Assembly: GCF_963921235.1 (NCBI RefSeq) | Contig: NC_086097.1 | Span: 29,576,001-29,640,000 of the forward strand | Origin: Mobula hypostoma | Taxonomy: Eukaryota | Length of the DNA: 64,000 bases | Reading direction: 5' to 3' | Shown here: piece after piece, positions 25,426 to 37,469 of the stretch | How positions within the stretch are numbered: the stretch's first letter is position 1 | Layout: every line of letters starts with the position of its first letter | Made by a program: the position numbers and the translations under genes | Notes under the pieces: generated by a model | Seen by the model: the letters and a program-made list of their open reading frames with translations, nothing else | Databases searched by the model: none | What the model was told of the DNA's origin: nothing

Positions 25426-27996
25426 CTCTCATTTCCTCTGCTCGCATTTCAGTCCAGTCTGACTGTCTCCCTGTCACTCTGAGTGCTTGCTACACGGTTT
25501 ACAAAGCTCTCCCCCCACCTCCCCCCCTCAACTCGTCTCACCTGCAGGTGAGGCACCCAGATTCAAATTTAGAACGAGAGTGGAGCTTTAGTCAAAACAA
25601 GCTAATTAGCTTTCCAAAACAGATGGAAAAAACATGTCGAAGAGCTGCACGGAGGATGAACCTCCCATTGTTTATGTGCTTATTACGTAGAACAGTGCAG
25701 CTCAGTACAGGCCCTTCGGCCCACAATGTTCTGCCGATCCTTTAACCTACTCAAGGTCAACCTAACCCTTCCCTCCCACACAGCCCTCCATTTTCCCATC
25801 ATCCATGTGCCTATCTGAGAGTCCCTAGATGTCTCTAATGTATCTGCAGGGCATTGCGTACACCCACCACTCTGTGTAAAAAAAAACCTACCTCTGCCAT
25901 CCCCATTAAACACTCGCCCGATCAATTTAAAATTAGCCAGTCCAGATGAATGGTCTCGGCCTGAAATGTCAACTGTTTATTCCTATCCATAGATGCTGCC
26001 TGACCTGCTGAATTCCTCCAGCATTTTGTGTGTGTTGCTCTAGATTTCCAGTGTCTGCAGAATCTCTTGTGTATATGACCTTAAAATTGTGCCCCCCCCC
26101 CCCCATAATAGCCATTTCCACCCTGGGAAGGAATCTCAGGCTGTCTACTCTATCAACAGCTCGTACACCTCTATTGTCACCTCTCATCCTTCTCCACTTC
26201 AAAGGGAGAAGTCCTAGCTCACACGGTCTCTAATCCAGGCGGCATTCTGGTAGATCTCTTTCACGCCCTCATTTTACGATAGAGGAGGAGGACATTTGAT
26301 CCATCATGTCCATGCCAGCACCAGGAAGAGCAATCCCACCTACTTAGAGATGCAGCACGATTGTCGGGCCTCCCGGCACTCCCTAGTTTGGGTGAGATGA
26401 GTCACTGTCACAGGAAAGGAGAATCCATCATCAGGGATCTCCAGCACCCGGGCCATGCCTGGTTACACCCATGTAACCGACTAATCTGCTAACCCGTACG
26501 GCTTTGGAATGGGAGAGGAAACCGGAGCACCCGGCAGAAACCCATGGGGCCAAGGGAAGAATGCACACTTTACAGACAGCAGCATTAAGTCTGGGTCACT
26601 GGCGCATTGCGCTCACCATTACGTTACTGTGTCACTCTCACTGCGTATCCACCAACTTAGAGTCATGGAGTACTACAGCACAAGCACCAGGCCTTTTGAC
26701 CCATCTAGTCCCTGCTAGGCTGATCTTGTCTACCTGCACCTGGACCATACCTCTCCATGTACCTCTCCGAACTTTTCTTAAGTGGTACGACTGAATCCCT
26801 TATCCGCCGCTTTTGCTGGCAGCTCGCTGCACGCCGCCACCCGTTTGAATGAAGAAGTTTTCCCTCAGATTCCCCTTAAATATTTCTCCTTTCACCCTTA
26901 ACCCATGGCCTCCCCAGTTCTAGTCAAAGTTCTAGGTAAATCTATTATCAAAGTCGCCACACACAACCGAGATTCATTTTCTTGTGGGCATACTCAATAA
27001 ATCCACAACCGAATGATAATCGTAATAAAATCAATGAAAGGACGCAGCAACTTGGACGTTCAGCCCGAGTTCAAAAGACAAGAAACTGTGTGAGCACAAA
27101 GAGAAACCACACCACCACACTCGGAACCATCATTGCCCTAAAACCATCGGGTTCCTTAACCAACGTGGTTGGTTCACTCACCTCAACACTCACCGATTCC
27201 ACAACTTACAGACTCACTTCCAGTGACTTTACAACTCATATTCTCAGTATAATTTCTATTTTTTTAAATTTTCAAAACGTGCCTTCTTTTTGCACATTGG
27301 TTGTTTGTCAGCCTTTAGAGTTGTTCATAAATTCCATTGTTTTCCTTTGCTTTTCCTGTAACTGGCTGCAAGAAAATGAATCTCAAGGTTCTATATGGTG
27401 ACAAATATGTACTTTGATAACAAATTTACTTTGACCCTGAATGTGGGAGGAAGTAATATAGGATTAGTGTAAATGGGCGGCAGTCAGATAGCATGAACTT
27501 GATGGGCTGAAGGGTCTGTTTCCATGCTTTATCTCTCTATATCTCTTCAACATCAGCATTCCTTCCTCTTTGCCACATCTCTCAAGACAATTGTACCTCA
27601 CACTCTCCCCATTACCATCTGCTCCTCTGACAGATTTCATTGAATCAGTTACAGTATGTTAGCCCAGCGCAGTTCATTGCGTTCACACCACTGATCGTAG
27701 GCAGTACTATTGACCACATGAACCCTTGCTTGCAAGAACAGCTTCAAAATCACATGAACTCTTTAATAAGATTTCAGCATAAGTACGGTAACATACTGCT
27801 GGCTATGTTTTTCTGTAGACAAGTCTTTGATTAGACTCTGGCCTGTAATTCACTGCTGGGTAGCTGTTGTTCTACGTACAAAGCTCGTCATTAGGGCCTG
27901 TAACTCACTCCCTGGTCTGGGTGATCACAGCAGTGCAAACTTTCACAACTCCGCTAACTTGCTAACAGGAAAGAAGCAAGGAAAGTTACCTGTGGC

Positions 27997-28185
27997 GGGG
28001 GGGAGGGGGCAAGAGGGGGAGAAGGGGGAGAGGGGGGAGGGGGGAGAGGGGGGAGAGGGGGAGAGGGGGGAGAGGGGGGAGAGGGGGGAGAGGGGGGAGA
28101 GGGGGGAGAGGGGGGAGAGGGGGAGAGGGGGGAGAGGGGGAGAGGGGGGAGAGGGGGGAGAGGGGGGAGAGGGGGGAGAGGGGGA
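27997..28185. repeat. (GGGGGGAGA)n-type purine microsatellite
   Basis: About 20 units of 8-9 bp, G-runs separated by AGA. Confidence 0.95.
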
Positions 28186-29752
28186 TCCCCTCTCACCATA
28201 CCCCCTCTGTAATTTCTATTGCTTTTCAAAATTCAAAGTTCAAAGTAAATTTATTATCACAGTCCATATGTCACCACATACAACCCTGATTTCTTGCGGG
28301 CATTCACAGAAAACACAAAGAAATACAAAAAAAAGGAAAACTGCACCCAAGGATGAACAAACAACCAGAGTGTAAAGATAACAGATACATAAAAGAAAAT
28401 GCAATTAAATAAACAAATAAATAATACTGAGAACATGCGTTGTCAAGTCCTTGAAAGTGAATCCATAGGTTGTGAACTCTCACCCATTCCCCATGCACAG
28501 ACGCGATCAACCTGCTGAGCTCCCCCAGCAGCTTGTTCGTTGCTCCAGGTTCCAGTACCTGCCGTCTCCTGCGCCTCCATTACTGAGACCATGGTTATTT
28601 CACTTCCACCTTGCCTCTGCGGAGGTCGAGTTTGTGGGAGCGGGTTACTCGTGGGTTAGTTATTTCCCATAACCTCACACCGCTTCGCTTATCAAGAAAC
28701 TCGGGACCGAACCCATTCAAACATTTTCAGTGGCCTTTGTGGAAAAGAGCCGCAAATGTTTGCCAGCTTCTGAGAGAAATCAAATCATCACCTCTCTCTC
28801 TTAAATGAGCAACTCTTTACTTTTTAAGGTGACCCCTAGGTCCTCCTACACGAGGAATCATCCTTTCCACAAGCACCCTGTTGAGATCCTTCAAGATTTA
28901 CTGCGTGCATCCCATTACAGGAAGGATGAGGAGGCTTTGGAGCGAGTGCAAAAGAGGTTCACCAGGATGCTGCCTGGATTAGAGAGCACGAGCTGTGAGG
29001 ATGGACAAACTTGGGTTCTTTTCTCTGGAACATTGGAAGCTGAGGGGAGACCTGACAGAAGTCTATAAAATTATGAGGGGCATAGTTAGGGTAGATAGTC
29101 AAGGCCTTTCTCCCAGGGTCGAAACGTGTAATACTAGAGGTCAAGCATTTAAGGTGAGTGGGGTTAAGTTTAAAGGTTATCGACGAGGCTCGACGCTATG
29201 TTAGCATTGGAATGTGTGGCAACACTTGCGGGCTGCACTTGGGTGTGTTGATTATTAACACAAATGACACATCTCACTGGATGTTTCAATGTCCATGAGC
29301 TGAATGTGTGGGGTGAGTATTTTATACAGGTACCTGGGATGAGCTGTCAGGGGTAGCGATGGAGGCAAATATGACAGAGGTGTTTAAGTGACTCTTAGAA
29401 AGGCACATGAACGTGCAGACAGCAGACCCAACCTGGGCTCCACACACGCCTCGGTTAATGGTAGGGGTCCATGGTTGGGAACCCCTGGGGCAGAAGGACA
29501 TGGATAAAATTACACAATTAATTAGTTCAGCACAAGATTGTGGCCAGGGACTGTACTGTTCTATGTTTTGGATAGAGTAAACAACATGAATCTTTTCCCC
29601 AGTGCAGAAATGTCAAAAACTAGATGACATGCATTTAATGTGACAGGGTGAATTTTTAAAGGAGATGTGCTTTAAGCAGACAATAGTATGAGCTGCAGGG
29701 GAGGTGGTGAAAGCAGATAGGATAGTGGTATTCAACAGGCTGTTAGACACAC

Positions 29753-30371
29753 GTTGTTCCTTAAGGTTGTTATAGCCGAGGGTGGTAATGGGGATAATCT
29801 CCCACTACATATTAAATGCTTCCAATGGCGTGCACCTCAAATGGCCTCTGACAGCCAAGTCCAGCTCCTGGCCTTCATGTGTGGCTTAGCTACTAAGCCC
29901 AGTGAAACATTTCTACTGACAGAAGAGGAGGCAAAGGTGTTACTGGCACCTTAAAACCAGTTGCTTCGGGCAGCTGGGACTCATCAGCCGGCTGTCAGCT
30001 CATCTAGGAGAAGGAAAACTCTGACCTCAAACCTCAGCTGTCCAGCAGCTATACCCAGTCGCTGGGAAGGCTTCGGGAGTAAACCCGAGGGAAAAATCCA
30101 GAGCTGGAGTCCCTAAGGCAGTCCTATATTGAGTTCAACGCTGACTGGCAACTCCTGCGACACTGCTGGTACTAAACTGTATCGCTCTCTGCCGTTCCTT
30201 GAGTTTGTCAGAGGCGTGGGGGGTGGGGGGCTTGATACATGGGCAACAGCTCGCTCTCCATATCGTACTGCCCAGGCTTGCTGCAACATGCATGGTTGAC
30301 CCTAACCGATGGACTCTTGACCAGACACACAGACATTGACTAGACACACAATGTATATTGACTAGACACAC
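29753..30371 (+). mobile_element. Non-autonomous RTE-like retroelement with short tandem tail
   Basis: Interrupts a CR1 remnant. tagacacac lies on the left flank (29744-29752) and is repeated at the right end (30341, 30363). ggagaaggaaaactctga motif resembles RTE-clade 5' regions (from memory, unverified). Confidence 0.5.
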
Positions 30372-31394
30372 AGACATACATTGAATCACGTGCAGGCAGA
30401 AGGGATTTAGTTAAATTTGGCACTGGGTTCAGCACAGACATGGTAGGCCGATCCTGTGCTGTTCGATGTCCAGATATTTTTTTAAACTTTGTTTATCTCC
30501 CCTCTCACTTTGCTAAGCTCTGCCGTACCATTCAAAAGAATCTCTGCCAACTATTAACAGCCAATCTTAAATAAGGAGACCAACACTGTACCTGGTGCTC
30601 CATAATGTGGCATCACCAATATGCCATGTAGCCAAAACGCAATCTTGCTGATTTTTAAAAAATTTTACTTCCTTTTAATTGTGCCAATGTGCCCTTGAAA
30701 AACTCACTCAACTCCTCATTTTGTTCATCGCTGTAAACTCTGACAGGGCACTGCAGACAACTGAGCAAGTTAACCCTATCCTGCCCTTCACAAAAGATTC
30801 GCAGATGCCAGAAATCTCAAAGCAACACACACAAAATGCCACTTGCAAACGTCTTACATTAATTAGATCACCAGAAACTTAGAGCAAGGGGGTCACAGAT
30901 TAAAGGTGAAAGGTGGAATATTTAAGAGGAATGTGAGGGGGGAACTTCTTCACTCAGAGTGGTGAGAGTGTGGAGCAAGCTGTCAGTGGAAGTGCCGGGT
31001 GCGAGATCGATTTCAACATTTAGGAGGCTGGATGGGAGGGTTATGGAGGGCTATGGTCCAGATGCAGGTCAATGGGACTAGACAGAATAGCAGTACGGTA
31101 CAGACTAGATGGGCCGAAGGGCCTGTTTCTCTACTGTAGTGCTTTATGACTCTGTAACTCAACAGGCCAGGCAGCATCTATGGAGGGAAAGAAACAGTTG
31201 ACACTCCAGGCCCAGACGCTTCCTCACAAATGCTGCATGACCCGAGTTATTCTGGCATTTTGTGTGTGTTACTCATTAATAATAAATCTGATCCTAATTC
31301 TCTGCCCTGATCCTGTTTTTTCAGCCATTGCTTCATTCTGCATTCTTTCACCACCCTCTCCCGCTCACAGAGGCACCAATAATCCACAATGAGG

Positions 31395-31850
31395 GGCAGC
31401 TTCTAGTTCCTAGGTGTCAGCGTCCCTGAAGATCCAGCCTGAGCCGAACGTCCTGATGCAATCACAAAGGCGGCGCACCAGCAGCTCGACTTCATCAGGA
31501 GTTTGAGGAGATGTGGCATGTCACCACAGACTTGAGCAAGTTTCTATAGATGTATCATGGAGTGCATCACTGGTTGCATCACCGTCTGGTACGGTGGGGC
31601 CACTGCACAGGATCAGAAAAAGCTGCAGAGGGCAGAGGGTTGTGAACTCAACCAGCTGCATCACGAGAACTAACCTCCCCACCCTCGAAGGCACCTTCAA
31701 AAGGCAGTGCGTCAAGAAGGTGGCATCCATCGTTAAGGACTCTCACCACTTGGGGCATGCCCTCTTCTCATTACTACCATCAGGGAGGAGGAGATACAGG
31801 AGCCTCAAGCCCCACACTCAACGATTCAGTAATGACTTCTTCCTCTCAAA
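31395..31850 (+). mobile_element. Degraded Rex1/Babar 3' fragment
   Basis: KKVASIVKDSHHLGHALFSLLPSGRRRYRSLK. Confidence 0.8.
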
Positions 31851-32496
31851 GGAGTGTTTGGAAATCTGATCCTCTTCCTGTGGTCATGATAAAGTGGATG
31901 ACCGCAGAGCTTTTACCCCAGGGTAAAGCTAGCGGGCACAGGTTTAAGGTAAGGGGAGGCTGGGAAGTAAAGGGGACCTGAGGGACAAATTTTTCATGAT
32001 GGGTACATGGAACAAGCTGCCAGAGGCACATGGAAGAGTACAGAATAGGGACAGGCCTTTCGGCCCACAGTGTCTGTGCTGAGCAAAACGTCAAATTACA
32101 CCAAACCTCTTCTGCTTGCACACAAATCATGTCCCTCCATTCCTGCATATTCATATATCTATTTAAAAGCTTATTAAACGCCTCTATCTACTTCCCCCAC
32201 CACTCTCGGCAGCTCATTCCAGGCACCCATCACTCTGAGTGGTAAAACAAACATGCCCTACGCATCTCTCTTAAACATCTGTCCTCTTTCATACCGAAAT
32301 GTATGATTTGCAGTTTTTAACATTTCTGCTCTACAGTTATACCGTGGAGAGCATTCTGACTGGTTGCATCACCGGCTGGTATGGAGGGGCCACCGCACAG
32401 GATCGGATAAAGCTGCAGAGGATTACAAACTCTACAATCCCTACCAACGAGGACATCTTCAAAAAGGAATACCTCAGGAGAACAGCAGCAAAACAA

Positions 32497-32676
32497 AAGT
32501 CCCTCACCACCCGGGACATGCCCTCTTCTCAGTACTACCGCCAGAGAGGAGCTCCAAGTCCCTCACCACCCGGGACATGCCCTCTTCTCATTACTACCGC
32601 CAGAGAGGAGCTCCAAGTCCCTCACCACCCGGGACATGCCCTCTTCTCATTACTACCACCAGAGAGGAGCTCCAAG
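32497..32676 (+). repeat. 59-bp tandem repeat x3 within a Rex1 3' fragment
   Basis: Units start at 32497, 32556 and 32615 (aagtccctcaccacccgggacatgccctcttctca...gagctcc). Confidence 0.95.
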
Positions 32677-32829
32677 AGCCTGACATACACTCAAAGTTCA
32701 AAGTAAATTTATTATCAAGATAAATAATAATAATAAATAAATAAGCAATAAATATTGAGAACATGAGATGAAGAGTCCTTGAAAGTGAATCCACAGGCCG
32801 GGGTAACATTTCAATAATGTTCCCAAGAG

Positions 32830-34700
32830 AAATTCTATCTGCCATTTTTCAGACTAATATTCCAGCTGATCCAGATCCCTCTGCAAGCCATGATAGCCTT
32901 CCTCACTCTTCACTACACCCACACTCCTTGTGTCATCTGCAAATTTGCTGATCCAGTTAACCACATTATCATTCAGATCATTGATACAGATGACAAACAA
33001 CAACAGACCAGCATCGATCCCTGTGGCACACCACTAACCACAGGTCTCCAGTCAGAGAGGCAACCATTACTATCACTCTCGGCTTCTCCCACAAAGCCAA
33101 TGTCTAAATCAATTTGCTACCTCATCTTCAATGCCAAGTGACTGAACCTTCTTGACCAACCTCCCACACAGGTCCTCATCAAATACCTTGCTAAAGTCCA
33201 TGTAGACAACATCCACTGCCTCGTCTTCATCCATTTTCCTGGTAACTTCCTCAAAAAACTCTACAAGATTGGTTGAACATGACCTACCACACATGAAGCC
33301 ATGCTAACAACCCTTAATCAGTGCATGTCTATCCAAATACTTATATATCCACTCCTTTAGAATACCTTTCAATAACTTTCCTACAACTGACATCAGACTC
33401 CCCAGCCTATAATTTCCTGGTTAATGTTTAGAATCTTTCTTAAAAGGCAGAACATCATTGGTTATCCTCCAATCCCCTGGTACTTCTCCTGTCACTAAGG
33501 ATGTTTTAAATATGTCAGCTGGGGCCTTGCCAATCTCTGCACTTGCCTCCTGTATGGTCCAAGGTAACACCTTGTCAGGCCCTGGGGATTTATTCTCCCC
33601 TGATTTGCCTCTGGACAGCAAACAACTCCTCCTCTGTAACCTGTATAGGGTCTCTGAAGTTGGTGCCACTTTGCCTCACTTCTATAGACTCTGTGTCCAT
33701 CTCCTGAGTAAATACAGAAGCAAAAAACTTATTTACTATCTTCCCCACCTGTTTTGGCTCCATACATGGATTACCATTCTGGTCTTTCAAAGGACCATTT
33801 TATCCCTTGCAATCCTTTTACTCTAAACATATCTGTATAACCCTTAGGATCTCTCCACCTTGTCTGTTAGGGCAACTTCATGCCTTCTTTTAGCCCTCCC
33901 GATTTCTTGCATTTCTTATACTCCATAAGCACTTTATTTATTCCTACCTGCCTATACCTGCAACACACCACCTTTTTTCCTCTGATTCTGGCCTCAATAT
34001 CATTTGAAAACTTCTACACTTGTTATCTTTACCTTTTATTCTGACAGGCACACACTAGCTTTGTACTCTCAAAATTTCACTTTTGAAGGCCTCCCACTTA
34101 CCAAGAACGCCTTTGCCAGAAAACAGCCTGTCCCAGTCTACAGTGGCCAGATCATTTCTGATACCATCAAAATTGCCCTTTCTCCAATTTAGAATCTCAT
34201 CCCGCAGACCAGACCTATCATTTTGCATATTTACTTTGAAACTAATGGCATTGTGATCACAATGCAAAATGTTCCCCTAAACAAACTTCTGTCACCTGGC
34301 CGGCCTCATTCCCTAATAGCAGGTCCAGTATCGCAAGCTCTCTTGTTGGGACTTTCACGTACTGACGAAGGAAACTATCCTGAACACATCTGACAAACTC
34401 TATCCTAGTCCTTTTACAGTGTGGGAATCCTGGTCAATATGTGGAAAGTTAAAATCACCTTCTTTAACAACCTTGTGTTGCAGCAGTCTGAAATCTCTGT
34501 ACAAATTTGTTCCTCTAAATCCTTCGGACTGTTGGGTGGTCCGTAATATAACCCCATTAACGTGGTCATACCTTTCTTATTTCCCAGCTCCACCCATAAC
34601 ACCTCACTAAACGACTTCTCCAGTCTGTCCTGAAGGGGCACTCCACGACATTTTCCCTGATTAGTAATGTCACCCCTTCTCCTTTAATCCCTCCCCCTCT
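32830..34700 (-). mobile_element. Degraded CR1 LINE ORF2 (endonuclease to RT)
   Basis: Fragments WVELGNKKGMTTLMGLYYGPPNS, DHNAISF, KSPGPD..GEVPGDWR and SCSTNLVEFFEEVT..DVVYMDFSKVFD. Confidence 0.9.
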
Positions 34701-35684
34701 GTCCCCTTTGGTTCAACAGCCTGATGGTTGAGGGGAAATAACTGTTCCTGAACCTGGTGGTGAGAGGTCTGCGGCTCCTGTACTTTCTTCCTGATGGCGG
34801 TAACAAGAAGAGAGCGTGACCTGGGAGGTGGGGCTTCCTGATGATAGGGGCTGCTTGCCTGGGATGTTCATGCTCTAATGCTTTAGGAACTTCACTATTT
34901 TGATCACTTTTTCCACCAAGTAATTTTAGTTTTTTATGCATTATACTGTACTGTTGCGCAAAACAATACACCTCACAATATACTAAACTGGAATCGGATT
35001 CTATTGCAGTGTTTTTAAGCTGGATACATAACGGAATGAGCAAGACAAGGATGGAACCACTGGCATTCTGAAATAGAACAAATGAAACTCAAGGGGAAAT
35101 TTGATAGAGTAATACAAAGTTATGAGGGATATCCACAGGGTTAATGCAATCAGGCTTTTCTCACTGAAGTTAGATGACAGAACTAGATGCCACAGGTTAA
35201 GGGTGGAAGATGAAATGTTTAAGGGGAACTCAAGGGGGAAGTTCTTCACTCAGAGGGTGCTGCAAGTGTGGGAACAGGCTGCCAACAGATATATATATGT
35301 GGAGCGGAGAGTGAGTTCATAACTCTGGCAGTAGCAAAGGATGTTGAGAATGGTGAGGGTGGAGCACTGGAGGAGTGTGAGACAGGTGACAGAGGAGTGC
35401 CAGGGGTGGGGTAGTGTCACAGATGCAGACACACCCAGCCCTGAGACACCAAGCACAGTCATTTGATTCCAAACAATTGGTTTATTGACCATTACAAAAT
35501 GTCTCTCTGGTGCTTCCTGCTCCCTCTCCTTTCCCCAAACACGATTCCCCTCTCCCTGCTCCCTTCCCACTCTCAGTCCACAATAGAGACCCATATCAGA
35601 ATCAGGTTTATCATCACTTACATATGTCAAGAAAAATGTCAATTTTTTTGGGGCAGCAGTACAGTGCAATAGATATAATTCCCT

Positions 35685-35739
35685 CAGTACTGTGCAAAGC
35701 TCTTAGGTGTGTGTGTGTATATATGTGTGTGTATATGTA

Positions 35740-35795
<56 letters not shown>

Positions 35796-35830
35796 TACAT
35801 ACATACACCCAAGAGCTTCGCACAGTACTG
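35685..35830. mobile_element. Tc1/mariner-type MITE whose interior is a (TG)n(TA)n(CA)n microsatellite
   Basis: 25-bp TIRs cagtactgtgcaaagctcttaggtg / cacccaagagcttcgcacagtactg (2 mismatches); TA on the right flank. Confidence 0.8.
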
Positions 35831-36267
35831 TACATGGATGGGAAGGGTATGGAAGGATACGGTCCAGGAGCAGGTCAATGGAACTAGGCAGAATATCAGC
35901 ATCTAGATGGGCCAAAGGGCCTGTTTCTGTACTGTAGTACTATACCACTCTAAGGAGAAACTCAGCAAGGCAAGCGGCAGCTGTGATGGGAGAAACATTT
36001 CAGGTTGAAGAGGAACGGTCAGAGGAGTACATCATAACCACTGGGAAAGGGAGAGAGATTTGACAGGAGAGGTACACAAGCGGTCGGGAAACAAGAGAGA
36101 TGGTGGGACACCTGAGTCTTTCATTCCCATAGTTAGGGATGGAGCATCACAATCTGCTACGGCAATTCAAATGCGCAGGAAGACAAGAGGCTGCAGAGAG
36201 TAGCGGGCTCTATCCGATACATCACAGACCATCCCTCTCCACCACCAGGAGTGCCTGCAGGGGGCAC

Positions 36268-36853
36268 TGCCAGCTTCAAAAATACCCATTATCAAAATTC
36301 CCATCACCCAGGCCATGCCAGCTTCAAAAATACCCATTATCAAAATTCCCATCACCCAGGCCATGCCAGCTTCAAAAATACCCATTATCAAAATTCCCAT
36401 CACCCAGGCCATGCCAGCTTCAAAAATACCCATTATCAAAATTCCCATCACCCAGGCCATGCCAGCTTCAAAAATACCCATTATCAAAATTCCCATCACC
36501 CAGGCCATGCCAGCTTCAAAAATACCCATTATCAAAATTCCCATCACCCAGGCCATGCCAGCTTCAAAAATACCCATTATCAAAATTCCCATCACCCAGG
36601 CCATGCCAGCTTCAAAAATACCCATTATCAAAATTCCCATCACCCAGGCCATGCCAGCTTCAAAAATACCCATGATCAAAATTCCCATCACCCAGGCCAT
36701 GCCAGCTTCAAAAATACCCATTATCAAAATTCCCATCACCCAGGCCATGCCAGCTTCAAAAATACCCATTATCAAAATTCCCATCACCCAGGCCATGCCA
36801 GCTTCAAAAATACCCATGATCAAAATTCCCATCACCCAGGCCATGCCAGCTTC
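36268..36853 (+). repeat. 48-bp minisatellite, 12 units plus 10 bp, derived from a Rex1 3' segment
   Basis: Unit tgccagcttcaaaaatacccattatcaaaattcccatcacccaggcca. Flanks continue as Rex1 (HHPGHASFSLLPLGRRYRSLK). Confidence 0.97.
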
Positions 36854-37469
36854 TCACTGCTACCATTGGGCAGGAGGTACAGAAGCCTGAAGGCCCACAC
36901 CACCAGGTTCAAAAACAGCTACTCCCTTCAACCAGTCAGCTCTTGCAGCAACTGGCAAAATCCTAATCACTGTAGTTTAGCAACACTTATGAACACTGAT
37001 CAGTTTGCATTAACATCCACCTTTTTAGTTCTAAATCTTTTCAACCGGATATATGTTTTTTCTTGTGAATGCTGCTTATCTGATCATCTGTGCCGGTGAT
37101 GCTGCTGTGAATAAGTTTTTCATTGCACCAGTACACACGTGCACTTGTGCACAAGATAATAACCTCCATGTGATTTGACATGACACAACTTAGCCCGTGT
37201 CAGTTTCTCTCTCTCATGGACACAAAAGCACACGCGTACAGTCTTTGACAGGAGTGAGGGAGAACGAGTGGACAGAGTGACGGCAGTAGTCAATGAGGAA
37301 AGAGTAGCAGATCCTGAGTTGTATGGAGAGGCCGGAGTGAAACACAATGAGACATGTTAAATAACAGACCACGGGCCAGGGAAGAGACCAGTTTTACACA
37401 ATTAACACCACAGTGAGCAGGCGAGAGTAAGAGGGGCAACAGGTTGTCAGAGTCTGGGTCAGCGTCATT

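Noticed and set aside
27827..28375. Collagen-like (GER/GGE)n ORF and the opposite proline-rich ORF
   Set aside because: Translation of a G/A microsatellite, with no splice structure or codon diversity.
36139..37099. Four long repetitive ORFs (up to 282 aa) and a CRISPR-like appearance
   Set aside because: All arise from a 48-bp head-to-tail repeat inside a Rex1 fragment. There are no unique spacers and no cas genes, and the context is eukaryotic.
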